From NCBI GenBank assembly GCA_964016885.1, contig OZ024745.1:45942001-46006000 (forward strand): a stretch of 64,000 nucleotides of DNA. Reading direction: 5' to 3'. Source of the DNA: Eledone cirrhosa. Lineage: Eukaryota. Within the stretch, counting starts at the first letter, position 1. Each line of letters opens with the position of its first letter. The notes under the pieces are model-generated. The model ran no database searches. It saw only the letters and a program-made list of their open reading frames with translations, and had not been told where the DNA came from. A program made the translations under genes and the position numbers. Positions 44,993 through 57,893 of the stretch are shown here, one piece after another.

Positions 44993-45041
44993 GCTTCCTG
45001 ATGATTTCTCCCGAATGAAACAGTTCTAGTCTTGTAGAAGC
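44993..45041 (+). ncRNA. Type I hammerhead ribozyme (family A)
   Basis: GCTTC-CTGATGA-tTTCtcccGAAt-GAAA-CAGttctagtcTTG-TA-GAAGC; inverted partial arm at 44946-44990. Confidence 0.8.
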
Positions 45042-45120
45042 CATGTCTATATTAAATATAGACATGGCTTATTGAGTACCTTACTTACTGTGTTACCCCC
45101 AACTGAACCCGGGATAAACT

Positions 45121-45160
<40 letters not shown>

Positions 45161-45225
45161 CTAGCATGGCCTCAGCTGTATGGCTGGAACAGGTAAAAGA
45201 GTAAAAGAGTATATATATATATATA

Positions 45226-45564
<339 letters not shown>

Positions 45565-45575
45565 ATATAAATATG

Positions 45576-45651
<76 letters not shown>

Positions 45652-45652
45652 A

Positions 45653-45690
<38 letters not shown>

Positions 45691-45739
45691 TAGTTTGTGC
45701 ATGTGTGTACGTGCGTGTGTATGTTTGTATGTTGTAGGG

Positions 45740-45812
<73 letters not shown>

Positions 45813-46061
45813 GGCACGTAGCTTAATGATTAGAGTACGTGGTTGACGATGTTAACCTCATAAATTCAAGTACCGGTAGCATACTATTTCTTTGAGCAAG
45901 ACATATTACCTGTTACTCCAGACCATCTACTGCAATGCAAAGGGCCAACGTTATCACATACTGTTTTACGTTCGCTCTTTCTGAAAATTACGTTAAGGGT
46001 ATAGACGACTGGGAGTGGTCAGCCTCTTACACGTCAATTTCTCGAGAAGTCTGTTCCATTG

Positions 46062-46091
<30 letters not shown>

Positions 46092-46116
<25 letters not shown>

Positions 46117-46773
46117 CTAAATATAAAAATGCAAATAAATTATCGAGAATCGGAACTTCGGCCGACGAAATAACGAAAAAACAATCTTCGAAATGTGCGG
46201 CAAAGTGTTCAATGGTTCGGATAAACCAGAGCTATAACTAACGTTTAATACCAACACACTGAGACGATGCTTAAACAATCATTCGCACAGCCAAAAATAC
46301 GACCAAGAAAATTCGGGTCAAACAAATAAAAATATATATGAATGAAAAATTTACCCGGACCCCTGGAAAGAGGTAAAATCCAGCATTTGGGTTTCTGCGG
46401 CTCCTAATTCAGGTACCGTCCGCCTACATAAAAAATGTCCGGCTTCTGGTAAGATGATGAACAAGGAAGTCACTTTTTCAACCGGCCTTTAGTTCAATAA
46501 TACAGGGGAAGACTGTTACTAAATCCACGTGGGGGCCAGCAAGGGAAGCAACCCCTATATTAGGCGAATGAATTCAGTTGTGTATATTATTGTAAAAATA
46601 CAAAATATCACAAATCGAATTAGAGTTCTCAACAGACGGGTTAAAATTAACATGAGCTATTCATCAGTCAATAGGATCAACTAAAAAATCAATAAAATTA
46701 ACTGATCAATAGCTAGAGACTGGAGATAAATACAAATAAATTATCAAGAATCGGAACTTCGGTCCACGAAATA
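46092..46773. mobile_element. Family K element with partial tandem terminal repeat
   Basis: CAAATAAATTATC.AGAATCGGAACTTCGG...ACGAAATAA at about 46132 and about 46733 (about 600-nt period). Confidence 0.65.
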
Positions 46774-46788
46774 AAAATAACAGATTAA

Positions 46789-46839
46789 AGTTTAAGCAAA
46801 GAATCGCTGCTTTCACCCTTAACGGGATCTTCTGAAACT
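46789..46839 (-). ncRNA. Hammerhead-like motif, U4A core variant (family J)
   Basis: minus: AGTTT-CAGAAGA-tCCCgttaaGGGt-GAAA-GCAgcgattcttTGC-TT-AAACT. Confidence 0.6.
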
Positions 46840-47481
46840 AACAAAGTCAATCCGTAAACGCAGAAGTGGATATTTCAAAAAACGTTGCAACCGGAGGAAG
46901 ACAGGAAGACGATACTTTGGTTCGTGGAAACGTTCCCTGACAAAGAACAGGAAAAAACGAATATAATACGTCATTAATAGGAGCGGTGAAAAACAATTAC
47001 ACGCAAAGACAGAACCACGTTTATGGTATAAAAGAAGTCGGAGACTAATGTTCTCTTAGGTGGTTCATAGAGACGTTCTCTGGCAATGAACAGAAAAAAC
47101 GAAGATAATACGTCATATGTGTAGCGTGGAGAACAATTGCACGCAAAGACAAAACCACGTAAATGGTATAACTGAAGTCGTAGATTAAAATTCTAACTAG
47201 GAAACCGAATGATTCTCCGCTTCAGAGTTAAGAATAAAGTAAATAAAATACAATACAGAGATACTTGAAATTAAATAAATACATACACGCATCCAAATAC
47301 GTACATACACAAGCATACGCGAAAACACTCGCCATAGGTATACAAAACCACGCACATAATTGGTTTTTTCCCGTTCTTTGCCAGGGAACGTTTCCACGAA
47401 CCAAAGTATTGTCTTCCTGTCTTCCTCCGGTTGCAACGTTTTTTGAAATATCCACTTCTGCGTTTACAGATTGACTTTGTT

Positions 47482-47532
47482 AGTTTCAGAAGATCCTGTT
47501 AAGGGTGAAAGCAGCGATTCTTTGCTTAAACT
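47482..47532 (+). ncRNA. Hammerhead-like motif, U4A core variant (family J)
   Basis: AGTTT-CAGAAGA-tcctgttaagggt-GAAA-GCAgcgattcttTGC-TT-AAACT. Confidence 0.6.
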
Positions 47533-47639
47533 TTAATCTGTTATTTTAATAAATATTTGCTCTACGGTTCTTATATATTTTATATATATTTATCCTTATC
47601 GAGCCCTCTTTGGATTTTAGTCTTCAAATTTATTATTAT

Positions 47640-47701
<62 letters not shown>

Positions 47702-47733
47702 TGGGTACATCTCTATTTATAAAACAAACTTTG

Positions 47734-47798
47734 TATTTTATCTGATGAAAGCGTACCAATGTTGTCTTGGTTGCCCTTGAAATATATATAATAAAATA
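47734..47798 (+). ncRNA. Type I hammerhead ribozyme (family L)
   Basis: TATTTTAT-CTGATGA-AAGcgtACCAAtgttgtcTTGGTtgccCTT-GAAA-TATATA-TA-ATAAAATA. Confidence 0.85.
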
Positions 47799-47931
47799 AA
47801 TATGGTTTTATGAATATAGTTTCCATTTATTTAATATCATTGAATATTTACTACACTAATAGTTGAGAGCTCTGAATCAGTTATAAACATTTATGTTTGT
47901 CGGACTTCCAACAAATTAAATACAACTTCTA

Positions 47932-47985
<54 letters not shown>

Positions 47986-48134
47986 CTGGGGGAATTCCAG
48001 TGAGTATCAGAAGGTAACCACATTTAATAAAGATTCTCAATACGTTGGTAGAGTATAAACATCTTTATTTTACTTAGATATGACTTCTGCAATGTACGAA
48101 CAGTTTCATTCGTATTAACTCGCCAGGGAAGATT

Positions 48135-48173
48135 TTCCTGATGACATCATACGAATGAAACAGCCTTGTAGAA
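48135..48173 (+). ncRNA. Type I hammerhead motif (family N, related to A)
   Basis: TTC-CTGATGA-catcatacgaat-GAAA-CAgcctTG-TA-GAA; inverted partial copy at 48081-48116. Confidence 0.6.
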
Positions 48174-48495
48174 GTCTTTTCTATATAAAATAACGATATA
48201 TCGTTTTTGTGTTTGTTTCGCAAGATTTTTTTATGTAAAAACGCATGTTGAAGCAGATATTGCAATACTTTGGGGTTCATGGTGCTAATAAAAATATACG
48301 CCCAGTTGAGTTTTACTTCAATATATTATTATATTTTTCCGCCGGCTCGTTTAATAACCAGATGGTTGTTTAGTTATTTATTATCAACGATCTTCCGTCT
48401 CACATTCTTTGACCTCTTCAGTGATTACATTTGTTACATTATGTCTCCTCTTTGTTCTGTTTTACACAATCTAGTCTTTGTCAAAGATATATATG

Positions 48496-48822
<327 letters not shown>

Positions 48823-48840
48823 TATACACCTACATACATA

Positions 48841-49608
48841 CACACATCCATGCATATAATCACACCTTGAGGGATATCTCTATGCAATACAGGAACAAGA
48901 ACTCCCTACCAAATATCTGCTGCACAAAAGAGGAGGGCCAGCAGCTGACAATAAATGTAGGCTATGTAAAACAAAGATCGAGGATGTAAGCCACATTGTT
49001 GCCAGCTGCGAAAGAATGTCATCTCGCTACTACCTCCCCCATGAGACACGATGGGATAGCTAGAACCATCTGGAACGCACTTCGAAAAACAAAATTAACA
49101 ACAAACGAGGAAGAATATATTGAGACAGATGGCACTAAGGAATACTGGTGGTACCTGAAAATAAAAACTGCCACCAAATTAAAGCACAACCGGCCTGATA
49201 TTGTTGTTTGGGATACACATTGCAAACGTGTTCTGTTGTGGAGATCAGCTGCCCACTTGATGTAAACGTTGTCAGAAAAATACAGGAGAAGGAGGACATC
49301 TACGGACCATTGATGAGGAGTTTACAAATACAGTATCCAAGATACGCCTTTAGCTTCATACCCATCATTATTGGAGCTACGGGTTATATACCAACCCGCT
49401 TGGACCAAAGTATGACTGAACTTGGATTTGCGGACAAAAAGCGCAGCTCCCTAATTCATAGTCTACAAATGGCTGCGATAGCTGGCACCTTCAAAATTTG
49501 CAAAACATTCTTGCGATTCAAGGGATGACAATTTCTTTTCTTTTACAACCTTGCCACCAGGAAGGTGGCCGGTCAAAAAAATATACTCGAAATTAAGAGA
49601 AAGAGATA
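48841..49608 (+). mobile_element. 5'-truncated R4/Dong-clade (RLE) non-LTR retrotransposon, frameshifted
   Basis: [16 protein letters not shown]...[18 protein letters not shown] (CCHC)...RHD...HNRPDIVVWD...VEISCP...EKEDIY...IPIIIGATG; stop at 49528; 3' end runs into (ACAT)n. Confidence 0.9.
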
Positions 49609-50142
49609 ACATACATACATACACATACATACATACATACATACATACATACATACATACATACATACATACATACACACATACATACACACATACATAC
49701 ACACATACATACATACATACACACACACATACATGCATACATACATACATACACACACACATACATGTATACATACATACACACACACATGCATGCATGC
49801 ATGCATGCATACATACATACATACATACATACATACATACATACATACATACATACATACATACATACATACATACATACACACCTCTGTATTTGAATAC
49901 ATATGAATATATTCTATTCAATATATTTGTACACATTTCTTTCTCAATCTTCTCTTTTCACTCACTTGACGCGCTGTTTTTTGTTTTTCTTTTGTCCACA
50001 TATTCTTTCTTTTATTTCATTCTATTCGCTCTCTTTCTTTATATCTTCTTCTATCAACCTACTTATCGTATATATCTCTTTCTGGCCTCCGCATTCTCTC
50101 TTACTCATTTTTCTCTATATGCGCCAACATCTGTCTATCTAT

Positions 50143-50610
50143 CTTGTGTGATAGCTATGGCGAAAGAGGTTGTATGGTGGACAAGGTTGAAAGGGCTGAG
50201 GTCAGACACCTTTCTCTCCGGCCAACAACTGATTCTTTTTTTCAAATACCACTTTGGAAGAAGAATCAGGATGGAGAGAGAGGTGCTGTACCCCAGCAAG
50301 TTTTATGAAAGGTGGGTGAAAGTGGCGAGAATGGCCCGAGTGAATGGGCCTTCTCTCTATATCAGCCTGTAGGTTGAGGAAAAGGAGGAGGAGAGGAAAG
50401 GAGTACAAGCTCTTCGTACTCCTGGAGATGAGGGTTGCACATTTTTTTCGGGGGTCTGTGTTACCCATATAAACTGTCTCCCTCTATTGGGGAAAATCGA
50501 CTAACTTTTAAATTCCATCTGTGATAACATTTTACACGTTTTTATTGTATGTAAACTTCCCCCTTTGTATTTGTCCCCTTCTTTTGTGCCCCTGTGGCTA
50601 ATAAAGAAAT
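50143..50610 (+). mobile_element. 5'-truncated copy of the Tx1/L1 element (ORF2 C-terminus plus 3' UTR)
   Basis: near-identical (about 95% by eye) to 56047-56510; flanked by CTGTCTATCTATC and (TATC)n. Confidence 0.95.
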
Positions 50611-50611
50611 A

Positions 50612-50654
<43 letters not shown>

Positions 50655-50900
50655 TCTATTCTATCTATCTATCTCTCTACCAGACGTGTGTAACTTCGCG
50701 GAGAAGTTTCCGTTATTTTATGTAAGAAAAAAACGTGAGTTTTCAGTTAAATTTTATATTATTGTGTAACTTGACCCCCCGTCTGGATCCTCAGGTAGTG
50801 GGTCAATTCATTTTCGCCTCTACAGGGGCGAAATATTCATTTGAAAAGTTTTTTCTGCATCGAATTTTGGAAAAAATATCGTAAGAAGTTTGATTACGTT

Positions 50901-52812
50901 ATGAACGCTGCGTTCAACGATAATGGTGGTGGAGAGTCGGTAAGACTACATAGCTCGCAGTCAACATCGTCTTCTTCCCTAGATACTATGGAGATGGAAA
51001 GACGAAATGAAATTGTAAAAACAAATTCATATCCAAACAACACAAATGACACCAAACAGTTCAATGACAACAAAAATAACAACAACAACACCAATGATGA
51101 TAAAAACAACAATGACAACAACAAAGAAAAAAAAGAAAAAAACACCAATAACACCAGCAAAGACAACAACAACACCAACACCAACACCAAGGAAAATACG
51201 AATAATATCAACATCAGTGACAACAAGAATAACAACAACAATAACAACAATAATGACAACACCACCAGCACGGATAATTCCACAAAGAAACCAAAAATCT
51301 CCTTTGCACAGACAGTTCAGAAAAAGGAGGAACTGACATATCTCGACATAACAAATGCCGAACAACTTTTAAAGGACGCTAGGAGATATGTCACTTTCGA
51401 AAAAAATGGTGCTTTCAGCATCAATTCTCCCGTAGAAATTCGCAAGGAAACTGCTCTCAAAACGATAGTTTTTAGGACAGTTTCCAATTCTATCCGAAAA
51501 CCAGTCCAGAATATTGAACTGGTTTTCAAAAATTCAATGAATGATATTTCATTCATTCAAAGAAGCAAACTCTTTGGGAGTATTTCGGTACTCATGAAGG
51601 ATCAATTGACGGCCCAAAATTACTCTGTGTCGCTAATTGTATCCAACCTGTATACCTTTTTCCCTACATACATGGGAAAAAGGACACAAAAGATTAAAAT
51701 CACGAGTGTCACACCAAAGGTGAACATATGGTGGATACTGTGCGGCTTCATCAATTTTGATGAAGACAGAATACTGTCAGTAGGAAAGTCCCCCAGAGAT
51801 GTATTCAATGGGAATAGCATTGAAGTTCTGGTGCAAATGAGCCCAGAGCGAATAGCTATGATCCCACAACGTGTACTCCTAGACGGACTCACCTACATAA
51901 ACTTTTCGGTTGAGCGTAGGTGGCCTTCATGTTACCATTGCTTTAGCAGGGGTCACCTGAGGGCTTCCTGTCCTAAATTAATGAGTCAAAAAAAGGCTCT
52001 TCTGCTGACACTCATCAAAACAACACAACCACCAACACCACAACAACAACAACAACACCAACACACAAAAATAACCACAACAAACACAGTCCCACCCAAC
52101 CCCACTCCACCTAAAACCACTGCAAAATCACATACATACACAACAGCTCCCCAAGACATACCCCTCCCCAATCACACAGACGATACAACAGATGAGGCTA
52201 TCTCGCCATCACCCAGTGAAGACGAGGGAGAATCCCATCGCTCGAAAAGAAAGAAAAGACATCACAAAAGCAAAAAACCAGCAAACACTACCACAAAGAT
52301 ACAACCACCAACACAAACAACAAAAACATCACAAACAAAACCCCCACCTCCTGAAAACAAAATACCTACAACAAAACGAAAGCACACACAAGAACTACAG
52401 ACAAAAACAAACAACACAAGAAAATTACACTTACACTTACATAAACACTGAAAACAAAACACTAATGGAGACCATCACGAACAACCCTTCGGTGAAAACC
52501 GAAGGGAAAACTTTCGCCCACTCTATTAAAAATAACAAAAAACTGAACCTAAAACTAATTAGGGTCCCTATACAAACTTATATGTCCCTAAAAGAAACAT
52601 TTGAAAAGGATGTGGGGAATTCCTGCGTGAAACCACTTAACCACGTCCTTTTCAAATGTCTCCCCACCCCGGACACTCCCATCCCACCAGACCCCACCCC
52701 ACCAAACATCTCCGTCCCCACCCCGCCGGAAACCACCACCCACCCAGACAACCCCTCCAACACCCCCATGGAAATCGTGCAGCCTAGTCCCCAGGAGACG
52801 AAGGGTGAGTGA
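50901..52812 (+). pseudogene. LINE ORF1 (gag-like, CCHC knuckle), probable frameshift near 52440
   Basis: ATG 50901; SFAQTV motif; CYHCFSRGHLRASC; Asn- and Thr/Pro-rich tails; reading continues in frame 52192-52812. Confidence 0.8.
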
Positions 52813-52845
52813 TCTCTTTTCCTCTTTTAACTTTTCAGCATCAAC

Positions 52846-55800
52846 ATGGCCAATATAAGAGTTGGATGTGTGAACGTACGCGGCCTGGGGTTGCCCTGGA
52901 AACAGGGCAAACTCTTAAACGACCTCAGGTCGCACAGTATGGATGTGGTAGCCATTTGCGAGTCCAGGATCCACAGCGAGCGACAGCTGGTCCCCATCTT
53001 CGATGACTTTGAGATCTATGCATCCCTCTGTCAACCGGGGGAGGGGGCGGAATTGCCGTTTTGCTGCGGAAACACCTGGGCCTCGTAACACAGACGGTAC
53101 ATCTGGACCCGGAGGGTCGACTGGTGGTCCTAGACGTTGACGGTAGTGAAGGTGGAGCCTTCAGGCTGGTGGCCGCATATGCCCCATCCGGGACACCGCG
53201 GTCAGACTTCTTCAAACGTCTAGAGACTTTTCTGGGAACGTCCCGCTCCTTGCTTTTAGTGGGGGACTGGAATAGAATCCTAGATGCACGTTGGGACTAT
53301 GTGGGAGCATGTCCCGATAAAGGGGGATGTAACAGCCTCAAACAGTTAATCGACCGATTTGACCTGGCCGATAGATATCGACTAAATTTTCCGACTGTGC
53401 CACTGTGGACGTGGACTAATCGTAGCGGAACATCTAGATCGTACCTAGATAGGGTTCTAGTTAGAAATAAGGATAGGGACATGTTAAGCTGTCCACAAAT
53501 GTTCATGGTTGCCTATTCAGATCACAAACTAGTGACCTGCATGACCAACCTTGATAGAACCCATAGACAAGGACCCAGCTACTGGAAGCTGAACTTGTCG
53601 TTACCGACAAGCAAAGCCTACAGTAGACCGATTAGTACTTTAGTTAAACAGCACTTGATAGGGGCCATTGTCAACAACAGATAGTGGTACTCTCTCAAGA
53701 GGGCAGTTAGATTAGACTCGTTAGTTTTTAGTAAAGAATTAGCGTTAGATAGAAATAGAACCGAGAAGGAACTGGTAGATAAAGTAGAAGAGGCAATTAG
53801 AAGTGGCAACGTAGCCAGCGTGCTAGCAACGAGAACGGCCTTGAACCAGTTCTTCAATGTAAAGCACGAGGGCTGCGTTGTCAGAAGCAAAATACGTGCT
53901 CTGGGAAACGAGGGAGCCAAAGCTGTTAGCTGGGCCCGAGTGACGGAGGAAAAAAGTGGCAACAAGTCCACGATTCGGTCTTTGAAGGACCAAAACGGAC
54001 GCGTGATACGTGAGCCGAAGCAGATGTGTGCGGCATTTCAGCGGCACTTTGCTCAACTGTTCGGGCGGGGCGGCGCGCCGGAAGGGACTATGGATTTCGG
54101 TCCATACCTCGACGGCCTACCGCGACTCTCGGACAGCGAGGCAAAGTTCTGCAAAAAGCCGATTTCAGCCGCTGAGATAGGGGACGCGCTGAGCCAATGC
54201 GGCAAACGCAAATCTCCAGGTCTCGACGGTCTACCCTACGAATTTTAGGTAGCAATGCCGGACTTATTCTCCGGTCTCCTGGAAGCGGTCTACTGCAACT
54301 GGCAACAGAACGGGAGAATTCCCAGTTCTGTAACCGGGGGCGTAGTCACACTAGTCACGAGAATAAGGGGGATGACATAGGCAACTTCCGGCCCATAACT
54401 GTGCTAAACACAGAGTTACAGATTTTGACCAAGGCGTTGGCAAAGAGGCTGGCGCTTGTCGTCGAGAACCTGGTGGGAGAAGCGCAGACATGCGCAATAC
54501 CGACCAGGTCCATACACGACAACTTCCACCTCATGCGATACATCATAGAGAGTGTAGGGTGTAAACCCGGCTTCGGTGGGGCCCTGATCAACTTGGATCA
54601 GTCTAAGGCTTTCGATAGGGTTGACCATCGTTACCTGGATGCGGTGCTCGAGGCGACAGGCTTCGGACCCGTGTTCAGAGGCTGGATTGCTGCAATGCAC
54701 AACAGCAACATCTGCTCAAGGGTTAAGGTGAACGGCTACCTCTCGGAGCCGTTCCATATTACGCGATCCATTCGACAGGGATGCCCTCTCTCCTCCCTTC
54801 TGTACGTACTGACTCTCGAGCCACTACTGCGGAAGTTGGAGCTTTTGCAGGGCATCCCTCTGGAACCGGGACTGCGGAAATCGGCGTCGGCCTACGCCGA
54901 CGACGTGCTAGTAATGGTGTCGAGCGCCTCGCAAATCGAGGAAGTCGGCACCTTACTGAAGGAATACGAAAGTTTCACAGGAGCGAAGCTGAACCGGGAC
55001 AAGTCCATCGGTTTGCAACTCGGATCGTGGAGAGGCAAACCGATGCCTTCCGATGGCGTCGTCGGACGCTGGACGGAAGGACCGGTAAAGCTGCTCGGGG
55101 TCTGGTTTGGTCCGGACCTCCAGGTGGAGAAGAACTGGAATGAAATGACGGCCAAGGTGTTTGCACTCATCCAGAAGTGGGGCGAGTGCAAACTATCCTT
55201 GAAAGGTCGAGCGGATGTGGCGAACACTTTTATAGCGTCCGCCATCTACTACCGCTTGACCGTCGTGCCTTGTCCAGCCAAAACGCTCGCCAAAATGGAG
55301 CGCGTGCTCTTCCAATTCCTTTGGAAGAGGCGAGCTCCTTTGGTGAGAAGATCCATCTGCTGCCAACACCCTTCTAACGGAGGGCTGAAGATGCTGTGGT
55401 TGACGATGCGCAAACACGCGCTCAGGCTGCGGAATCGCTACGTATTCCTCACCGGACAGCCGGTGTGGGCCCCGTTCGTGAGGCGAGCCTTCCCACGACT
55501 CGTCTCGCTGACCGAGCTGCAGTCCTGGGTCAAGCAAAGACCGAGGAAAATGGGCGACTGGCACATCGAATGTGCTCAGGCGCTCACAGCCCTCTGGCAG
55601 GCGGACCCGGCGATCAGTGGAGACTCCACTTCGTCATTCTATAGAAGGTTGGTCTGCAGTAAGTGCGACGACACGCTCAGTGAAACTCTAGGCGTAGAGG
55701 AAGATGAACTGGCCAGTCTGTTCGGTAGGACCTTCCGCCTGGGACCGATGGACAACTTCCAAAAGTCCCTGGCCTGGCAGTGCTACCGAGGAGCTCTACC

Positions 55801-56275
55801 AGCTCGAGACAAGCTCTACAGACATGGGCGCCCGGGCAGGGACCCTGCAAAAAAGATCTGTCCGAGGTGCGTGCGTAACAAAGAAACCGTCGCACACGCA
55901 TTCATACACTGCCCGGGCGTCACTGACCTGTGGGGCTATGTAGAACGACTATTGTCGCGGGTGGGACCAATCCGGTTGACCACCGAGTCCATTGTCATGA
56001 TCAAACCGCCACCCTCCTTCAAAAACGAAGGAGAGGCGGTTTTCCTTTGTGTGATAGCTATGGCGAAAAAGGTTGTATGGTGGACAAGCTTGAAAGGGCT
56101 GAGGTCAGACACCTTTCTCTCCGGCCAACAACTGATTCTTTTTTTCAAATACCACTTTGGAAGAAGAATCAAGATGGAGAGAGAAGTGCTGTACCCCAGC
56201 AAGTTTTATGAAAGGTGGGTGAAAGTGGCGAGAATGGCCCGAGTGAATGAGCCTTCTCTTTATATCAGCCTGTAG
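52846..56275 (+). pseudogene. LINE ORF2: APE endonuclease, reverse transcriptase and C-terminal CCHC finger, disrupted
   Basis: NVRGL, CESR, YAP, GDWN, SYLDR, SDH; KSPGLDGLPYEF, NFRPI, LDQSKAFDRV, RQGCPLS, YADD; CPRC...HAFIHC; frameshifts near 53050 and 54355, in-frame TAG at 53682 and 54246. Confidence 0.95.
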
Positions 56276-56587
56276 GTTGAGGAAAAGGAGGAGGAGAGGA
56301 AAGGAGTACAAACTCTTCGTACTCCTGGAGATGAGGGTTGCACATTTTTTCGGGGGTATGTGTTACCCATATGAACTGTCTCCCCCTATTGGGGAAAATC
56401 GACTAATTTTTTTAATTGCATTTGTGATAACATTTTACACGTTTTTATTGTATGTAAACTTCCCCCTTTGTATTTGCCCTTCTTTTGTGCCCCTGTGGCT
56501 AATAAAGAAACATATCTATCTAATTTTATATCTATTTATCTTTCTATCTCTCCCACACTTTCTACCTCCCTCTCTCCTCTCCCCCTC

Positions 56588-56640
<53 letters not shown>

Positions 56641-56654
56641 CGTATATATATGTG

Positions 56655-56724
<70 letters not shown>

Positions 56725-56749
56725 TTGGAAACTCTGCTTCATAGAATCG

Positions 56750-56846
56750 AGACATATCCGAGGATCTTGCGATTTCAGAGTTAGGTTTGATCATTGCATC
56801 GATCGTGTCTCAAGCTGGTCGCCAGAGAAACGATTGTAATATGTCT
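56750..56846 (+). ncRNA. Hammerhead with U4C core and large stem II insertion (family I)
   Basis: AGACATAT-CCGAGGA-TCTtGCGAT...GTCGCcAGA-GAAA-CGATTG-TA-ATATGTCT; perfect 8-bp stem I. Confidence 0.75.
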
Positions 56847-56894
56847 AATAAATCTTATTCGTCGCACCACTGATTCTCCGTTTCTAATGTGATA

Positions 56895-56949
<55 letters not shown>

Positions 56950-57237
56950 GAGTCGATCGACTTTCGTCAAATCGGACCGAGGGAACAATGTTTCCGTTGG
57001 TCTTTCCAATTGCTAATACTATCTATCGGTCGCAACTCCAGGTAGAAGGAGCAACGTGAAATAAAGTGTCTTGCCCAAGGACATAACGCATCGCCTGGTC
57101 CAGGAATCGAACTCACAACCTTATGATTGCGAATCCAATTCTCTAACCACTCAGCCACACGCCTTCACCAAGTGAATATATATATATTATAAAATAACAG
57201 GAGGCTGGACTGGTGTAAATCCTTGAAAGGTTTATTA

Positions 57238-57293
57238 TACTATGATCATTTCAATGACCGGGTTCAGTATGAATCCGGTGATATCATCAGGTA
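57238..57293 (-). ncRNA. Type I hammerhead ribozyme (family E)
   Basis: minus: TAC-CTGATGA-tatcaccggattcatactgaacccggtcatt-GAAA-TGATCA-TA-GTA. Confidence 0.85.
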
Positions 57294-57455
57294 ATTCAAA
57301 ATATAACGAAGGAATAGAACAGATAAAATCCATGGTGCTGAAAATCAGAGACAGGAGGGTGACCGACAATTTAGCAGCTTCTACCTCTGTCGGCCGCCCT
57401 CAAGTGGTTGACCACACGGAATGACCAGTTCTATCCAGTGGTGAACCAACAAACC

Positions 57456-57518
<63 letters not shown>

Positions 57519-57544
57519 AGAATATAAAAGAAAAACGAACGAAG

Positions 57545-57606
57545 CTGATGAGCTTGAATTTGTAATTCTATTCACAATTAACATTGCGAAACAACACCAA
57601 GTTGTC
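57545..57606 (+). ncRNA. Hammerhead core lacking the 5' strand of stem I (family Q)
   Basis: CTGATGA-GC...GC-GAAA-CAACaccaaGTTG-TC; upstream replaced by an inverted arm (57512-57540 vs 57766-57794). Confidence 0.7.
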
Positions 57607-57893
57607 TGGGTGATCGGTAGTTACCACAATCCCGGTTTGTATTTATTTTCTTGATTTTTTCCTAAATTGAGACAAACAAACACAATTGTCTATAGTTAGT
57701 ATTCTTTTCACCTTAGCGAATCTGGTCCCTTACGATTTCAACACATATATGTATATATATCTGTGTTCGTTTTTCTTTTATATTCTATTATAATATACGG
57801 CTCGGAAATATTTCTTTCTTAGAGCTATTTTGTTGTAAGAGACTATTTTGAGTTCCTAACTCAATATATACCTTTGATATATATATATATTTA

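Larger units (their letters stand above)
46772..47643. mobile_element. Family J PLE-type insertion with inverted terminal arms and internal tandem repeat
   Basis: 46772-46960 is the reverse complement of about 47362-47548; about 143-bp tandem at about 46931 and 47074. Confidence 0.85.
50681..56510 (+). mobile_element. Nearly full-length L1/Tx1-clade LINE, inactivated
   Basis: 5' UTR, ORF1 with zinc knuckle, ORF2 APE-RT-CCHC, AATAAA at 56501, TATC repeats on both sides. Confidence 0.95.

Noticed and set aside
50143-56510. About 465-bp direct repeats flanking the RT element, resembling LTRs
   Set aside because: The repeat includes ORF2 coding sequence and lacks TG...CA ends and a PBS, and the element encodes APE-RT. 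It is a truncated LINE copy.
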